A stretch of 64,000 nt of DNA from Bacteroidales bacterium (GCA_028282585.1 JANQHR010000011.1:8595-72594), one strand, 5' to 3'; positions 20,499 to 31,047 are shown, counted from the stretch's first letter. Numbers and translations are program-made. Notes: generated by a model not told the origin, from the sequence alone.

Positions 20499-21182
20499 AT
20501 GAAAAGTATCACTATATTGGTTTTAATAGTATTTTTTGGTTTTCCACTAAAAGCCCAAACAAAATATAATAAAACAGGGATAGCTAGTTTTTATGCTGAT
20601 AAATTTGAAGGAAGGCAGACGGCTAATGGTGAGATCTATTATCATGTAAAAAGAACTGCGGCTCACAGAACATTACCGTTTGGAAGCGTTGTAAAAGTAA
20701 CCAATGTGGAGAATAATAAATATGTTGTTGTGCGTATTAATGATCGCGGACCTTTTGTAGACAACAGAATTATTGATCTTTCAAAATCGGCAGCAAACGA
20801 GCTCGATTTTATTGAGAAGGGGCTTGCAAAAGTACGAGTGGAACTAATAGCTTCAACCGAAGATCTTCCAGGTAAAAAATCCGAATACAAAAAGAATGGG
20901 AATCGATCCCTTTATTTTAAAGTAAATGCAGAGCAGGTAAATCCCAAAGGTAAAGGAGTCCAAATAGGAAGTTTTAAAAGTGATGAAAATGTGTTTAAGT
21001 TAGTTAATGAAATTAGGAATAAATATAAAGAGGAGCTGTTTGTTGAGGTATCGGAGGTTAAAAAACAAAAAGTATATAGAATTATTATAGGTACTAGTAA
21101 TAATGATGAATATTTAAACAATCTAAAGAAAAAACTCTCAAAGGAATACCCCGATTGTTTTATTGTAACATTTAAGAATTGA
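20499..21182 (+). CDS. rlpA: RlpA-family lytic transglycosylase with SPOR domain
   Basis: [41 protein letters not shown]; C-terminal VQIGSF SPOR; ATG 20499 avoids overlap. Confidence 0.92.
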   Translation: MKSITILVLIVFFGFPLKAQTKYNKTGIASFYADKFEGRQTANGEIYYHVKRTAAHRTLPFGSVVKVTNVENNKYVVVRINDRGPFVDNRIIDLSKSAANELDFIEKGLAKVRVELIASTEDLPGKKSEYKKNGNRSLYFKVNAEQVNPKGKGVQIGSFKSDENVFKLVNEIRNKYKEELFVEVSEVKKQKVYRIIIGTSNNDEYLNNLKKKLSKEYPDCFIVTFKN

Positions 21183-21442
21183 TATTAGCTTATTTTAGTA
21201 AATTAAATAATTTTCCTATACTTAAAAAACTCATTGTTAATCATTTGATTTTCCTTCAAAACAAATTGCAATAGTTATTGAATTGAATTATATTTGAATT
21301 GAGGAGTTACTTTTTGTTTAATTTGTTGTTAACCAAAAATCTACGAATACAATTAAATAGTTTGTATATGTTAATAGACAATTCTTATTGAGATAACATA
21401 TCTCATATAATTAATAATCTTTTAATTTAAATATCTAAGAAT

Positions 21443-22534
21443 ATGAGAAAATTTACAATTTTATTTTTTAGTACAGTCCTCTTTACAGTAAGTGTCTGTG
21501 GGCAAAATATTTTTCCTTCCGATGATAATGTGAAAATTGATGGTTACTCTTTACAATTTATTAGGCCTTCTACAGCTGGAGGGTGGGCGAGAGGCCTAAA
21601 TTATTACGATACTGATAATGCAACAAGATACTCTGGAATTGGATTGTTTGGGTCTGGTGCTGAAGCGCGTTATTTTTATATTGCGCATGGAACTTATCCC
21701 TATAGTTCAAAATTGGGTCTATATATATTATCTGATGGAAAAGTTGGAATTGGAACCACAAATCCAAATGAAGAACTAGAAGTTAATGGTAACGTAGTAG
21801 CCAATCAGTATAAATTTAAAACTGTTTATTATGATTTCTCAGCTAGCCCAAGAACTCAGCTTGAAAGTATGAGCCTGAAATTGTTTGATGATTATAATGT
21901 TCACCGTCCAGGAGGTGAAGCTCCAGGTGGCAATAATTACGGGACTTTGTTATCTATATATGGAAGGGTTAATCATTGGGAGCACAATCTTTATTTTGGA
22001 GCTAATAAAAGGCTATACTTTAGAACAAGCACCTGGACAGGAGGATCGTCTGAAAATGGTACCGGAGAGTTCAATGACTGGAGAACTATATTAGATTCGA
22101 AAAGTTCAGTTGAATCTTCAGGAAATTTAAAGATAACTGGAACTGGAGACCATTATATTGCATCAGGTAATATTGGAATTGGAACTACGACTCCTGATTA
22201 CAAGCTTACCGTTGATGGCACTATTGGCTGCGAAGAGGTAATAGTGGAAAATATTGTAGGTGCAGATTTTGTATTTGAAGAAGAATATGATTTAAGAAGT
22301 TTAAACGAAGTGGAAGAGTTTATTAAAACTAATAAACATTTACCGGAAGTTGCTAGTGCAAAAGATATGGAAGAGAATGGAATAGATATAGGTGAGTTTC
22401 AAATTCAATTACTACAAAAGATTGAAGAGCTAACACTTTATGTTATTGAACTAAAAAAAGAAAACGATGAACAAAGACAAATAAATGCTGAGCAAACACA
22501 ATTAATAAAGAAACTAATAGAAAATACTAAATAA
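21443..22534 (+). CDS. Secreted phage-tail-fibre-like protein with C-terminal chaperone/coiled coil
   Basis: Signal peptide; GGWARG; knob-like YGTLLS...LYFR...DWRTILDS; G(K/N)(V/I)GIGT repeats; ADFVF...HLPE...LLQKIEELTLY. Confidence 0.8.
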   Translation: MRKFTILFFSTVLFTVSVCGQNIFPSDDNVKIDGYSLQFIRPSTAGGWARGLNYYDTDNATRYSGIGLFGSGAEARYFYIAHGTYPYSSKLGLYILSDGKVGIGTTNPNEELEVNGNVVANQYKFKTVYYDFSASPRTQLESMSLKLFDDYNVHRPGGEAPGGNNYGTLLSIYGRVNHWEHNLYFGANKRLYFRTSTWTGGSSENGTGEFNDWRTILDSKSSVESSGNLKITGTGDHYIASGNIGIGTTTPDYKLTVDGTIGCEEVIVENIVGADFVFEEEYDLRSLNEVEEFIKTNKHLPEVASAKDMEENGIDIGEFQIQLLQKIEELTLYVIELKKENDEQRQINAEQTQLIKKLIENTK

Positions 22535-22536
22535 TT

Positions 22537-24252
22537 ATGAAAAATTACTTAAAAACCGTAAAAAGTGTAATAGCAATTGCTATGATATTCTGTGCTTTTA
22601 TATCTAAAGCACAAGAAAGTATAACTATTTCTAACAATAAAATAATTTTCCCAAATGGTAGTGAGCAAACAACTGCTGCAACTAGTTCCGGAAATTCTGG
22701 TATTTGGACAATCGTAGAACCTTCGGGTGCAGATGATGGAGCAGCCATAAACCAAGCTTTAACAGATTATAGCCATGTAAGCTTATTACCCAATAAAAAA
22801 TATATAATTAATTCCACTCGTATTATAATAGGTGAGAATAGTTCAACTTCATATCCTACAGATGCTAAAACATTATATGTTCCAGCAAATACAACCATAG
22901 AGTTTGATAGAGGAAGTTCGTCATTCTCCGCAATTGAATTAAGATCGAATGGAAACCTTATTGGAGAGGGGAAAATTGTAATGAAGGATGCAACTTGGTC
23001 ATGGTCTCAAGGAAAAGCTGCAGTGATGGTTAATGGTCAATATGCAAAATTAGATTTTGGCACAATTGAAGGGTTTGAATATGGAATTTCAATGGGTGGT
23101 GAAACAGGAATTCAAGGGTGTAATTTAAAAGTCAAGTATTTTTTAAATAACGTTATTTTGGTGGTTATAAATCCAAATGGAGATGGGTGGGTGAATCAGA
23201 ACTATATTCATATTGATGGTATGCACACTGATGGTGGCAGAAGATCACATAGTGCTTGGGCAAATTCCTGTGGTATATATATGGACCCAGGGGTTTCACC
23301 ACATATGCCTAATATGAATACTTTTTCAGGACATATAGAAGGAATGAATATTGGGATAAAACTTACTGGGAAATTCAATAGATTAGAGGGTTTAAGGTTA
23401 GAGAATTGTACTACTAAAATACAAATAGAAGGTTCAGTGGTTGAAAATAATTATTTATATGGAACTTATGGAGAAATAACTGGATTAGAAACGTCATCGA
23501 ATGGGCAAAAGCCAATAAGAAATTATACCGGAAAAAGTTTAAATGATGTATTAAGTATCTATGGTATGGATGAATTTACATATATGAATGTTGCATATCA
23601 AAATGGGTCATTAATTACGTCTGACGCTACTTTAAAAACGGATATTGAAGATGTGAATGGTGCATTAAATAAGATATTATCATTGAGAGGTACGAAATAT
23701 AATTTAAAGTCAAAACAAAAAAACGATAATACTAAAAATTATGGTTTTATAGCACAAGAGTTAAAAGAAGTTTTACCAGAACTTGTTGTTAAAAGTGATT
23801 TAGATGATATGTATGCTGTAAATTATGACGGGGTTATTCCTGTATTAGTAGAGGCATTCAAAGAACAACAACAACTTATTGAAGAAAAAGACAAAGATAT
23901 TGAGGAGTTAAGGCAGATGAATGCTGAAATAGTTAATATTCTAAAAGAGAAAGGGATTTTGAGTGATAATAGCTTGGTTTTAGAATCAGAGGAAGCAATA
24001 TTATATCAAAATACTCCGAACCCATTTACATCAGAAACTGAAATACGATTCTACTTACCTCAATATGTGAGTGATGCTTATATTTTAGTAATGGATATGA
24101 ATGGCAAATTGTTAAAGCAAATTGATATTTACTCAAGAGGAGATAGCAAAATTGCAGTTGGTGCAAATGAGTTTGCGTCAGGAATGTATATATATACTTT
24201 GATCGCGGATGATAAGACAATAGGAACAAGAAGAATGATCCTTACAGAATAA
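22537..24252 (+). CDS. Tail-spike-like beta-helix protein with peptidase S74 chaperone and T9SS CTD
   Basis: Signal peptide; FPNGSEQTTAA; ADDGAAINQAL (pectate-lyase-3-like start); SDATLK...YGFIAQEL...VNYDGVIPVLVEA S74; LYQNTPNPF...GMYIYTL CTD. Confidence 0.85.
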   Translation: MKNYLKTVKSVIAIAMIFCAFISKAQESITISNNKIIFPNGSEQTTAATSSGNSGIWTIVEPSGADDGAAINQALTDYSHVSLLPNKKYIINSTRIIIGENSSTSYPTDAKTLYVPANTTIEFDRGSSSFSAIELRSNGNLIGEGKIVMKDATWSWSQGKAAVMVNGQYAKLDFGTIEGFEYGISMGGETGIQGCNLKVKYFLNNVILVVINPNGDGWVNQNYIHIDGMHTDGGRRSHSAWANSCGIYMDPGVSPHMPNMNTFSGHIEGMNIGIKLTGKFNRLEGLRLENCTTKIQIEGSVVENNYLYGTYGEITGLETSSNGQKPIRNYTGKSLNDVLSIYGMDEFTYMNVAYQNGSLITSDATLKTDIEDVNGALNKILSLRGTKYNLKSKQKNDNTKNYGFIAQELKEVLPELVVKSDLDDMYAVNYDGVIPVLVEAFKEQQQLIEEKDKDIEELRQMNAEIVNILKEKGILSDNSLVLESEEAILYQNTPNPFTSETEIRFYLPQYVSDAYILVMDMNGKLLKQIDIYSRGDSKIAVGANEFASGMYIYTLIADDKTIGTRRMILTE

Positions 24253-24254
24253 AG

Positions 24255-24275
24255 AAAAGGGCTTTAGCCCTTTTT
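24255..24275. terminator. Bidirectional terminator
   Basis: AAAAGGGCT-TT-AGCCCTTTTT between convergent genes. Confidence 0.8.
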
Positions 24276-24286
24276 ACTTTTAAAAA

Positions 24287-25138
24287 TTAACCTTGTGTAG
24301 CAAATACTCCTGAAAGGTGAAGTTCTTTTGGATTAATACTTAGTATCGGAAGACTTGCCCTATTTAGCATTTGTTGAGCTGCCGTACCCATAATGTAATT
24401 ACCATCGGAAACCTGTTCAGTCATGATAGAGATTAAATCTGCATTTATTTCTTCAGCAAATTCAATGAGCATATTGGTGATATTCGAACCAATTAAAGAA
24501 ACAGTTTCGTGTTTTACATTATGTTTGTCTAAATATTCGCAAACCTGATTAGAGTAAGCCGTTAGCTTTTTATTAATATCTTCGGTTTGTAATGATGTAA
24601 CTGTAACTACATGCACATTTGCACCGAACCATTTTGCTAATTCAGTAGTAAAAGGAACTTTTTGCCTTGTGTCGGTGGAAATATCAAGAGGCAACACGAT
24701 ATCCTTAATATTTTTAGGTACTTCACAGTCCCTTATTGTAAATACAGGTTTATAAGTTGCTGTTATAATTTTAAAAGCATTACTTCCAATAAAAAACTTT
24801 TCAAACCCGGAAGCACCATGTGTTGAAGTTACTATAAACGAGTCTTTAAAAGACTCTGTTTGATTAACAATTTCGCGATATATTTTTCCTGATTTTACAA
24901 TATATTGAAGTATAATTCCTGAAGGTAATTTAGGATTATATTTTTCTAAAATTTTAGAAAACTCTCTTTTTGCAAATTTATATTCTTCATCTTTTGTTCC
25001 CGGTCTATAATCAAGGCTCTTTTTTTGAACGTATACCATTTCTATTTTGCATTCAATTTTACTTGATAATAAAATGGCAAGCTCAAGACCTTTAAGTGAT
25101 TCTTCTGAAAAGTCGATAGGAACAATGATACGGTGCAT
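24287..25138 (-). CDS. Universal stress protein (tandem USP)
   Basis: RIIVPIDFSEES, THGASGFEKFFIGSNA. Confidence 0.92.
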   Translation of the reverse strand: MHRIIVPIDFSEESLKGLELAILLSSKIECKIEMVYVQKKSLDYRPGTKDEEYKFAKREFSKILEKYNPKLPSGIILQYIVKSGKIYREIVNQTESFKDSFIVTSTHGASGFEKFFIGSNAFKIITATYKPVFTIRDCEVPKNIKDIVLPLDISTDTRQKVPFTTELAKWFGANVHVVTVTSLQTEDINKKLTAYSNQVCEYLDKHNVKHETVSLIGSNITNMLIEFAEEINADLISIMTEQVSDGNYIMGTAAQQMLNRASLPILSINPKELHLSGVFATQG

Positions 25139-25215
25139 AATTGCTAATTTAAAATTTCTTTTAAAGTAAAGATATTTTTAGAAATATCGAAATATTTTAA
25201 ACAGCAATTTACCTG

Positions 25216-25857
25216 TTATTCAATATGTTTAAAAAAGGATCTTTCGAATAATAAAATATAAGCTACACCGATAGTTATAGCAGAGTCTGCTATATTAAAA
25301 ACAGGACGGAAAAAAATAAAATCCTGATTTGCCCAAAAAGGAAACCAACTCGGGTAATTGCCTTTTAAAACAGGAAAGTATAACATATCTACAACACAAC
25401 CTTTAAAAACAGAAGCGTACCCCGACATATCTGCATTAGCTACTCCCCAATATCCAATCCATCTTTGTGTTATCGGATCAAAGACCGTTCCTTCATCAAA
25501 AATTAAACCATAAAAAACACTATCCAGAATATTGCCTAACGCTCCTGCCATAATAAATGTAATGCTTATAACAACCATGGTTGGAGCTTTCTGCCTGATT
25601 AATATTCTTAAATACCATCCAATTCCTATAACAGCAACAATTCTAAATATAGTTAAGAAAACCTTTCCTATTCCACCCCAAAATTTTATACCAAATGCCA
25701 TACCGGGATTTTCAGTAAAATGAATTATAAACCAATCACCAAAAACCTTGATTTCTTCACCTAAATGCATATTAGTTTTAATCCAGAACTTAACACTCTG
25801 ATCAATAATTAAAATTAAAAGAATGATACTAATAGATTTTATTGTAATTGATTTCAT
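25216..25857 (-). CDS. lspA: Lipoprotein signal peptidase
   Basis: IIDQ, ENPGMAFG, GALGNILD, VVDML, PVFNIADSAI. Confidence 0.96.
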   Translation of the reverse strand: MKSITIKSISIILLILIIDQSVKFWIKTNMHLGEEIKVFGDWFIIHFTENPGMAFGIKFWGGIGKVFLTIFRIVAVIGIGWYLRILIRQKAPTMVVISITFIMAGALGNILDSVFYGLIFDEGTVFDPITQRWIGYWGVANADMSGYASVFKGCVVDMLYFPVLKGNYPSWFPFWANQDFIFFRPVFNIADSAITIGVAYILLFERSFFKHIE

Positions 25858-25908
25858 TTTTTAAGAATTTAGTGCATAAAACTATTAAAAAGAGTTGAAT
25901 AATAAAAA

Positions 25909-25935
25909 ATGATTGAGCCAACTTAGCTCAATCAT
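25909..25935 (-). terminator. Intrinsic terminator after dksA
   Basis: ATGATTGAGC-loop-GCTCAATCAT with a T-run on the minus strand. Confidence 0.7.
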
Positions 25936-25960
25936 TATGATAAAGTATGTTAAAATTTAA

Positions 25961-26338
25961 TTAACGTTGATTTTGTTTAGCTTCAATGCTCAAAGTTGCA
26001 TGTGGAACTGCACGAAGTCTTTCTTTTGAGATTAATTTTCCAGTTTCGCGGCAAATACCATATGTCTTATTCTCAATGCGAATAAGAGCAGCTTGTAAAT
26101 GCTGAATAAATTTCTGTTGACGTTGAGCCAGTCTTCCGGCTTCTTCTTTAGAAAGGGTAGCTGCTCCCTCTTCTAAAACCTTAAATGTTGGCGATGTGTC
26201 CTCAGTATCATTACTTTCACTGTGGGTAATAGTATTTTTCAATATATCATAATCTTGTTTAGCTTTATTAAGCTTTGTCAATATTATTTCTTTGAATTCT
26301 ACCAACTCTTCGTCTGTGTACCTTTTCTTTTCCGCCAT
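25961..26338 (-). CDS. dksA: TraR/DksA family transcription factor
   Basis: ALIRIENKTYGICRETGKLISKERLRAVPHA. Confidence 0.92.
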   Translation of the reverse strand: MAEKKRYTDEELVEFKEIILTKLNKAKQDYDILKNTITHSESNDTEDTSPTFKVLEEGAATLSKEEAGRLAQRQQKFIQHLQAALIRIENKTYGICRETGKLISKERLRAVPHATLSIEAKQNQR

Positions 26339-26397
26339 AATTCATCAATTTTAAGTTGTCTAAAGATAAGAAATTTTTTCAATCAAAAAAGTAATTG

Positions 26398-29300
26398 TTA
26401 GCTTATCTTATCTATTTTGATATTTGTTTTTATTTCTTCATCAATTTCTACGAAATGAATTGAGTTTTGTTCGAAATTATCTACTAAATCTATTGATTTT
26501 GCAAGAGTTTGAGCACTTATGTAATCGTTAAATTTTTCGATAGCATTATTAATTAATTCATGTTTTTGAATTTGAATTTGTATTTTATCTGTAACGTCAA
26601 AATTACTGTCTTTACGAAGGTTTTGAATTCTATTTATAAATTCACGTGCGATACCTTCTTCTCTTAATTCATCTGTAACATTAATGTCTAGTGCAACCGT
26701 TAATTTACCGTCGTTTGCAACTAACCAGCCTGGTATATCTTCAGATGTAATCTCAACATCTTCCAATGTAAGGTTGATCGTTTCAGTATCAACGTTCAAT
26801 TCGTATGTTTCATTGCGTTCGAATGCAACTATATCTTCTTGTGACATTTGTGCTACAACTCCTGAAATTTGCTTCATTAACTTACCGTACTTAGGGCCTA
26901 AAGTTTTAAAGTTTGGTTTTATCTTTTTAACTAAAACCCCTGTTGTATCAGTTATGTATTCAACATCTTTCACATTTACTTCCGTTAATACCAAATTTCG
27001 TACTGCATCAAATTTTGGCTGTAACGATTTATCCAAAATGGGAATCATTAATTTACTTAAAGGCTGACGTACTTTGATATTCACTTTACGTCGCAAAGCA
27101 AGAATCATAGAAGAAACACGTTGAGCGATATCCATTTTTTCTTCTAATTCAGTATCGATATAAGTTTCATTATATTTTGGAAAATCAGAAATATGAACTG
27201 ATTCGGTTTTATCAATTCCTGTAATTTCATTTAAATCTGTAAAGATCTGATCGGCTAAGAATGGAGCGATTGGTGCCATTAACCTTGCAACAACTTCTAA
27301 ACAAGTATAAAGTGTTTGATAGGCTGCAATTTTATCTTTTGAATATTCACCACCCCAATATCGCTTACGATTTAAACGAACATACCAGTTGCTTAGGTTT
27401 TCAGTTACAAAATCCTGAATTGCTCGACCTGCACGTGTTGGTTCGTAATTTTCATAATCGTTTTCAATTTCTTTTACCAAAGAGTTTAATAATGAAATTA
27501 TCCATCGATCGATTTCAGGGCGTTCTTCTACCGGAATTTCATTTTCGGCAAATTTAAAACCATCTACATTTGCATAAAGAGCAAAAAAACTATAAGTATT
27601 ATAGAGAGTTCCGAAGAACTTTCGTTTTACCTCGTCAAGCCCGGCAGCATCAAATTTTAGATTATCCCATGGTTGAGCATTGGTGATCATATACCAACGC
27701 AATGGGTCGGAGCCATGCTTTTCAATGGTTTCGAACGGATCAACAGCATTACCTAATCTTTTAGACATTTTTGCTCCGGTTTTATCCAGAACTAAACCAT
27801 TTGAGATGATATTTTTATATGCAACCGAATCAAATAACATGGTTGCAATTGCATGTAAAGTGAAAAACCAACCTCGAGTTTGGTCAACACCTTCCGCAAT
27901 AAAGTCCGCAGGGTAAACCTGGTCGAATCCTTCCTTATTTTCGAATGGATAATGCAATTGGGCATAAGGCATAGCTCCCGAATCAAACCAAACATCAATC
28001 AGATCTAATTCGCGAATCATTTTCTTACCGTTATCTGAAACAAGATAAATTCCATCAACATAAGGGCGATGTAAATCAATTTTTTCGTAGTTATCTTTTG
28101 AATTGTCTCCAGCAACGAAATCGGCATACGGATTTTTATCCATAATTCCTGCTTTCACAGATTTTTCAATTTCGTTGTAAAGTTCCTCAACCGAACCGAT
28201 ACATTTTATTTCTTTTTTATCTTCCGAAATCCAAATTGGAAGTGGTGTTCCCCAATAACGGGAACGAGATAAGTTCCAGTCTTGTAAGTTTTCTAACCAT
28301 TTACCAAAACGTCCTGTACCTGTTGATTCTGGTTTCCAGTTTATGGTTTTATTCAGTTCGATCATTCGATCTTTTAAAGCTGTTGTTTTAATAAACCAGG
28401 AATCTAATGGATAGTAAAGTACAGGTTTATCAGTTCTCCAGCAATGCGGATAATTGTGGGTATGTTTCTCAATCTTGAATGCTTTATTTTCTTTCTTAAG
28501 CATTACCGCGATATCCACATCAATTGTAGGGTCTTTTTCGGTTAAGTTACGATCGTACTCATTTTTTACGAATCTTCCAGCAAAAGGAGCAAATGTTTCT
28601 TTATTTACATTGGTAGAAACAAATTCCGGATCCAGATCAGAGATTGGAAACATACGTCCTTGCTTATCAACCAAAGGATTTAATTTTTTATCCTTATCGA
28701 AAACTGTTAAAGGAGAAACTCCATTTTGTTTTGCAACGCGATCATCATCAGCACCAAAAGTTGGAGCAATATGAACAATACCTGTACCATCTTCAGTCGT
28801 AACAAAATCACCAATTATAACTCTAAAAGCATCTCCTTGTGGTTGTACCCAGTTTATTAGTTGTTCATATCTGATTCCTTCTAATTCTTTTCCTTTATAT
28901 TCAGATAACACGTTATAAGGAATTTTTTTATCACCTTCTTTGTAATCTTCCAGATTAAGCTCTTCTGCCTTTTTATCGAAATGAGTACTGAACAAATCTT
29001 TAGCCAGAATAACCGTAACAGGTTTTCCTGTATATTGATTAAAAGTTCTTACACGAACATAGTTTATTTTTTCACCAACAGCTAAAGCAGTGTTTGAAGG
29101 CAATGTCCAAGGAGTAGTTGTCCAGGCTAAGAAATAAACTTCAGTGTCAGTATTTTCGAATAAGAACTCAGAATTTTCATTTCTTATAACCTTAAATTGT
29201 GCTACACAAGTTGTATCCTTCACATCACGATAACAGCCCGGTTGATTTAACTCGTGTGTACTTAAACCGGTTCCTGCTGCAGGAGAATATGGTTGAATGG

Positions 29301-29835
29301 TATATCCTTTATAAAGTAGATTTTTATCAAAAAGTTGTTTTAATAACCACCATAAAGTTTCAATATAACGATTATCAAAAGTAATGTATGGATCGTCCAT
29401 ATTAACCCAATATCCCATTTTATGTGTTAGGTCTTCCCATACATCGGTATACTTCATTACTTCCTTTTTACATGTCTCGTTATATTCGTCGACAGTAATT
29501 TTTTTCCCGATATCTTCTTTAGTGATTCCTAACGCTTTTTCAACTGCTAATTCAACAGGTAACCCATGAGTATCCCATCCTGCCTTGCGTTTTACAAGAT
29601 AACCTTGCATTGTTTTATAGCGGCAAAAAATATCTTTAATTGCACGTGCCATTACATGATGAATGCCAGGCATTCCATTTGCAGAAGGAGGGCCTTCGTA
29701 AAAAACAAAAGTTGGCTTTCCTTCGCGTGTTGTTATACTTTTATGAAATGTATCATTCTTATCCCAACGCGCAAGTATATCCTTATTTACCTGCGACAAA
29801 TCTAACTGCTTATATGTGCGAAATTTTTCACTCAT
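26398..29835 (-). CDS. ileS: Isoleucine--tRNA ligase (type 2)
   Basis: EGPPSANG.PGIHH, GWDTHGLP, WTTTPWTLP, GTGIVH, WFDSG, EGVDQTRGWF, KMSKR. Confidence 0.98.
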   Translation of the reverse strand: MSEKFRTYKQLDLSQVNKDILARWDKNDTFHKSITTREGKPTFVFYEGPPSANGMPGIHHVMARAIKDIFCRYKTMQGYLVKRKAGWDTHGLPVELAVEKALGITKEDIGKKITVDEYNETCKKEVMKYTDVWEDLTHKMGYWVNMDDPYITFDNRYIETLWWLLKQLFDKNLLYKGYTIQPYSPAAGTGLSTHELNQPGCYRDVKDTTCVAQFKVIRNENSEFLFENTDTEVYFLAWTTTPWTLPSNTALAVGEKINYVRVRTFNQYTGKPVTVILAKDLFSTHFDKKAEELNLEDYKEGDKKIPYNVLSEYKGKELEGIRYEQLINWVQPQGDAFRVIIGDFVTTEDGTGIVHIAPTFGADDDRVAKQNGVSPLTVFDKDKKLNPLVDKQGRMFPISDLDPEFVSTNVNKETFAPFAGRFVKNEYDRNLTEKDPTIDVDIAVMLKKENKAFKIEKHTHNYPHCWRTDKPVLYYPLDSWFIKTTALKDRMIELNKTINWKPESTGTGRFGKWLENLQDWNLSRSRYWGTPLPIWISEDKKEIKCIGSVEELYNEIEKSVKAGIMDKNPYADFVAGDNSKDNYEKIDLHRPYVDGIYLVSDNGKKMIRELDLIDVWFDSGAMPYAQLHYPFENKEGFDQVYPADFIAEGVDQTRGWFFTLHAIATMLFDSVAYKNIISNGLVLDKTGAKMSKRLGNAVDPFETIEKHGSDPLRWYMITNAQPWDNLKFDAAGLDEVKRKFFGTLYNTYSFFALYANVDGFKFAENEIPVEERPEIDRWIISLLNSLVKEIENDYENYEPTRAGRAIQDFVTENLSNWYVRLNRKRYWGGEYSKDKIAAYQTLYTCLEVVARLMAPIAPFLADQIFTDLNEITGIDKTESVHISDFPKYNETYIDTELEEKMDIAQRVSSMILALRRKVNIKVRQPLSKLMIPILDKSLQPKFDAVRNLVLTEVNVKDVEYITDTTGVLVKKIKPNFKTLGPKYGKLMKQISGVVAQMSQEDIVAFERNETYELNVDTETINLTLEDVEITSEDIPGWLVANDGKLTVALDINVTDELREEGIAREFINRIQNLRKDSNFDVTDKIQIQIQKHELINNAIEKFNDYISAQTLAKSIDLVDNFEQNSIHFVEIDEEIKTNIKIDKIS

Positions 29836-29927
29836 CGAATATCTATATTTTTATGGTCTACAATAATTTAAAGCGTACAAAGATAGAGTTATGAACTAAA
29901 AAATGCAATCAAAATTTTATCTGTAGT

Positions 29928-30977
29928 TTATTTTTTAATTCCTTTTTTAAGCGTAAAGGCAAAGGAAGTTCCGTTTTCGATTGTGCTCCTTGCATTAATA
30001 GTTTGATTATGAGCTTCTACAATATGTTTAACTATAGCTAATCCAAGTCCAGTACCACCCGCATTTCTAGAGCGGCTTTTATCTACACGATAAAATCTTT
30101 CAAAAATCCTCGGAACGTCTTCTTCCGGAATTCCAATACCGTTATCGGTTATTTCCACTAAAATATTTTCATCCATATCAAGGAAGGATACTTCTGTATA
30201 CCCGTAATCTCTTCCATAGTTAATTGAGTTCACCAAAAGATTAGTTATTAGTTGATCGATTTGTTCTCTGTCAGCATTAACAAAAATAGACTTTTCATAA
30301 TTTAACTTAAACCTTAGTTCTATACCTTTATCTTTCGCTCTTAGTTCCTGACTGTCAAAAACTTCTTCAAACAATTCTACAATGTTAAAATTGGAATAAT
30401 GTAATTTCAAAACGCCTGATTCTAATCTTGAAATAGCTTCTAAATCTTCTACAATCGAGATCATACGGTTAATACTTTTTTCTGTTTTCTGAAGATATTT
30501 TTTATTGATTTTGTTATCATCCATACCTCCGTCAAGTAAGGTTAGAACATAACCTTGTATATTAAAAATAGGTGTTTTAAGTTCATGAGAAACATTACCA
30601 AGAAACTCTTTTCTATATTTAGCTAACTGTTTTAATTGAGCAATTTCTTTTACTTTGTTATCTGCCCAACTCTTCACTTCTTCATTTACTTCTTTTAAAA
30701 CATCTTTCTCTTCAAGGTCTCTTCGTAAATCTTTTTCAGGAATATTATAATTATGAATAGTCTTATAAATAGGATTAATCTTTTCGAAAATGAAATTATT
30801 TAAAAGATAATAAACTATGATATAATTGCTTATAAATATTAGTAATACTGAAAAAACCAGAGGTAAAAATTCTAAGACCGTTCGTGGAAAATGTAATACC
30901 ATTTGCGTTAATGCTGAAACTACAGCAGCAATTAAAGATATTAAAATTGCCATTTGCTTGGGTGATGAACTTCTCAT
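29928..30977 (-). CDS. PhoR-like sensor histidine kinase
   Basis: VSHELKTP, NSINY, DNGIGI, FERFYRVDKSRSR, GTGLGLAIVKH. Confidence 0.92.
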   Translation of the reverse strand: MRSSSPKQMAILISLIAAVVSALTQMVLHFPRTVLEFLPLVFSVLLIFISNYIIVYYLLNNFIFEKINPIYKTIHNYNIPEKDLRRDLEEKDVLKEVNEEVKSWADNKVKEIAQLKQLAKYRKEFLGNVSHELKTPIFNIQGYVLTLLDGGMDDNKINKKYLQKTEKSINRMISIVEDLEAISRLESGVLKLHYSNFNIVELFEEVFDSQELRAKDKGIELRFKLNYEKSIFVNADREQIDQLITNLLVNSINYGRDYGYTEVSFLDMDENILVEITDNGIGIPEEDVPRIFERFYRVDKSRSRNAGGTGLGLAIVKHIVEAHNQTINARSTIENGTSFAFTLKKGIKK

Positions 30978-31002
30978 AAGCCTTATTTTTATATAGACGA
31001 AA

Positions 31003-31025
31003 AAGCCTCATAATGCATGAGGCTT
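31003..31025 (-). terminator. Intrinsic terminator after ribE
   Basis: AAGCCTCAT-AATGC-ATGAGGCTT with a T-run on the minus strand. Confidence 0.7.
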
Positions 31026-31047
31026 CGCACTATCTTGTTTTATTTTT

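Noticed and set aside
21443-24252. Possible prophage remnant
   Set aside because: No integrase, capsid, terminase or att sites; both genes have signal peptides and one has a T9SS CTD, indicating host genes.
25961-26338. DksA with only one Cys (no C4 zinc finger)
   Set aside because: Normal for Bacteroidota DksA-like proteins.
29928-30977. PhoR-like kinase without an adjacent response regulator
   Set aside because: Orphan kinases are common; the partner is probably elsewhere.
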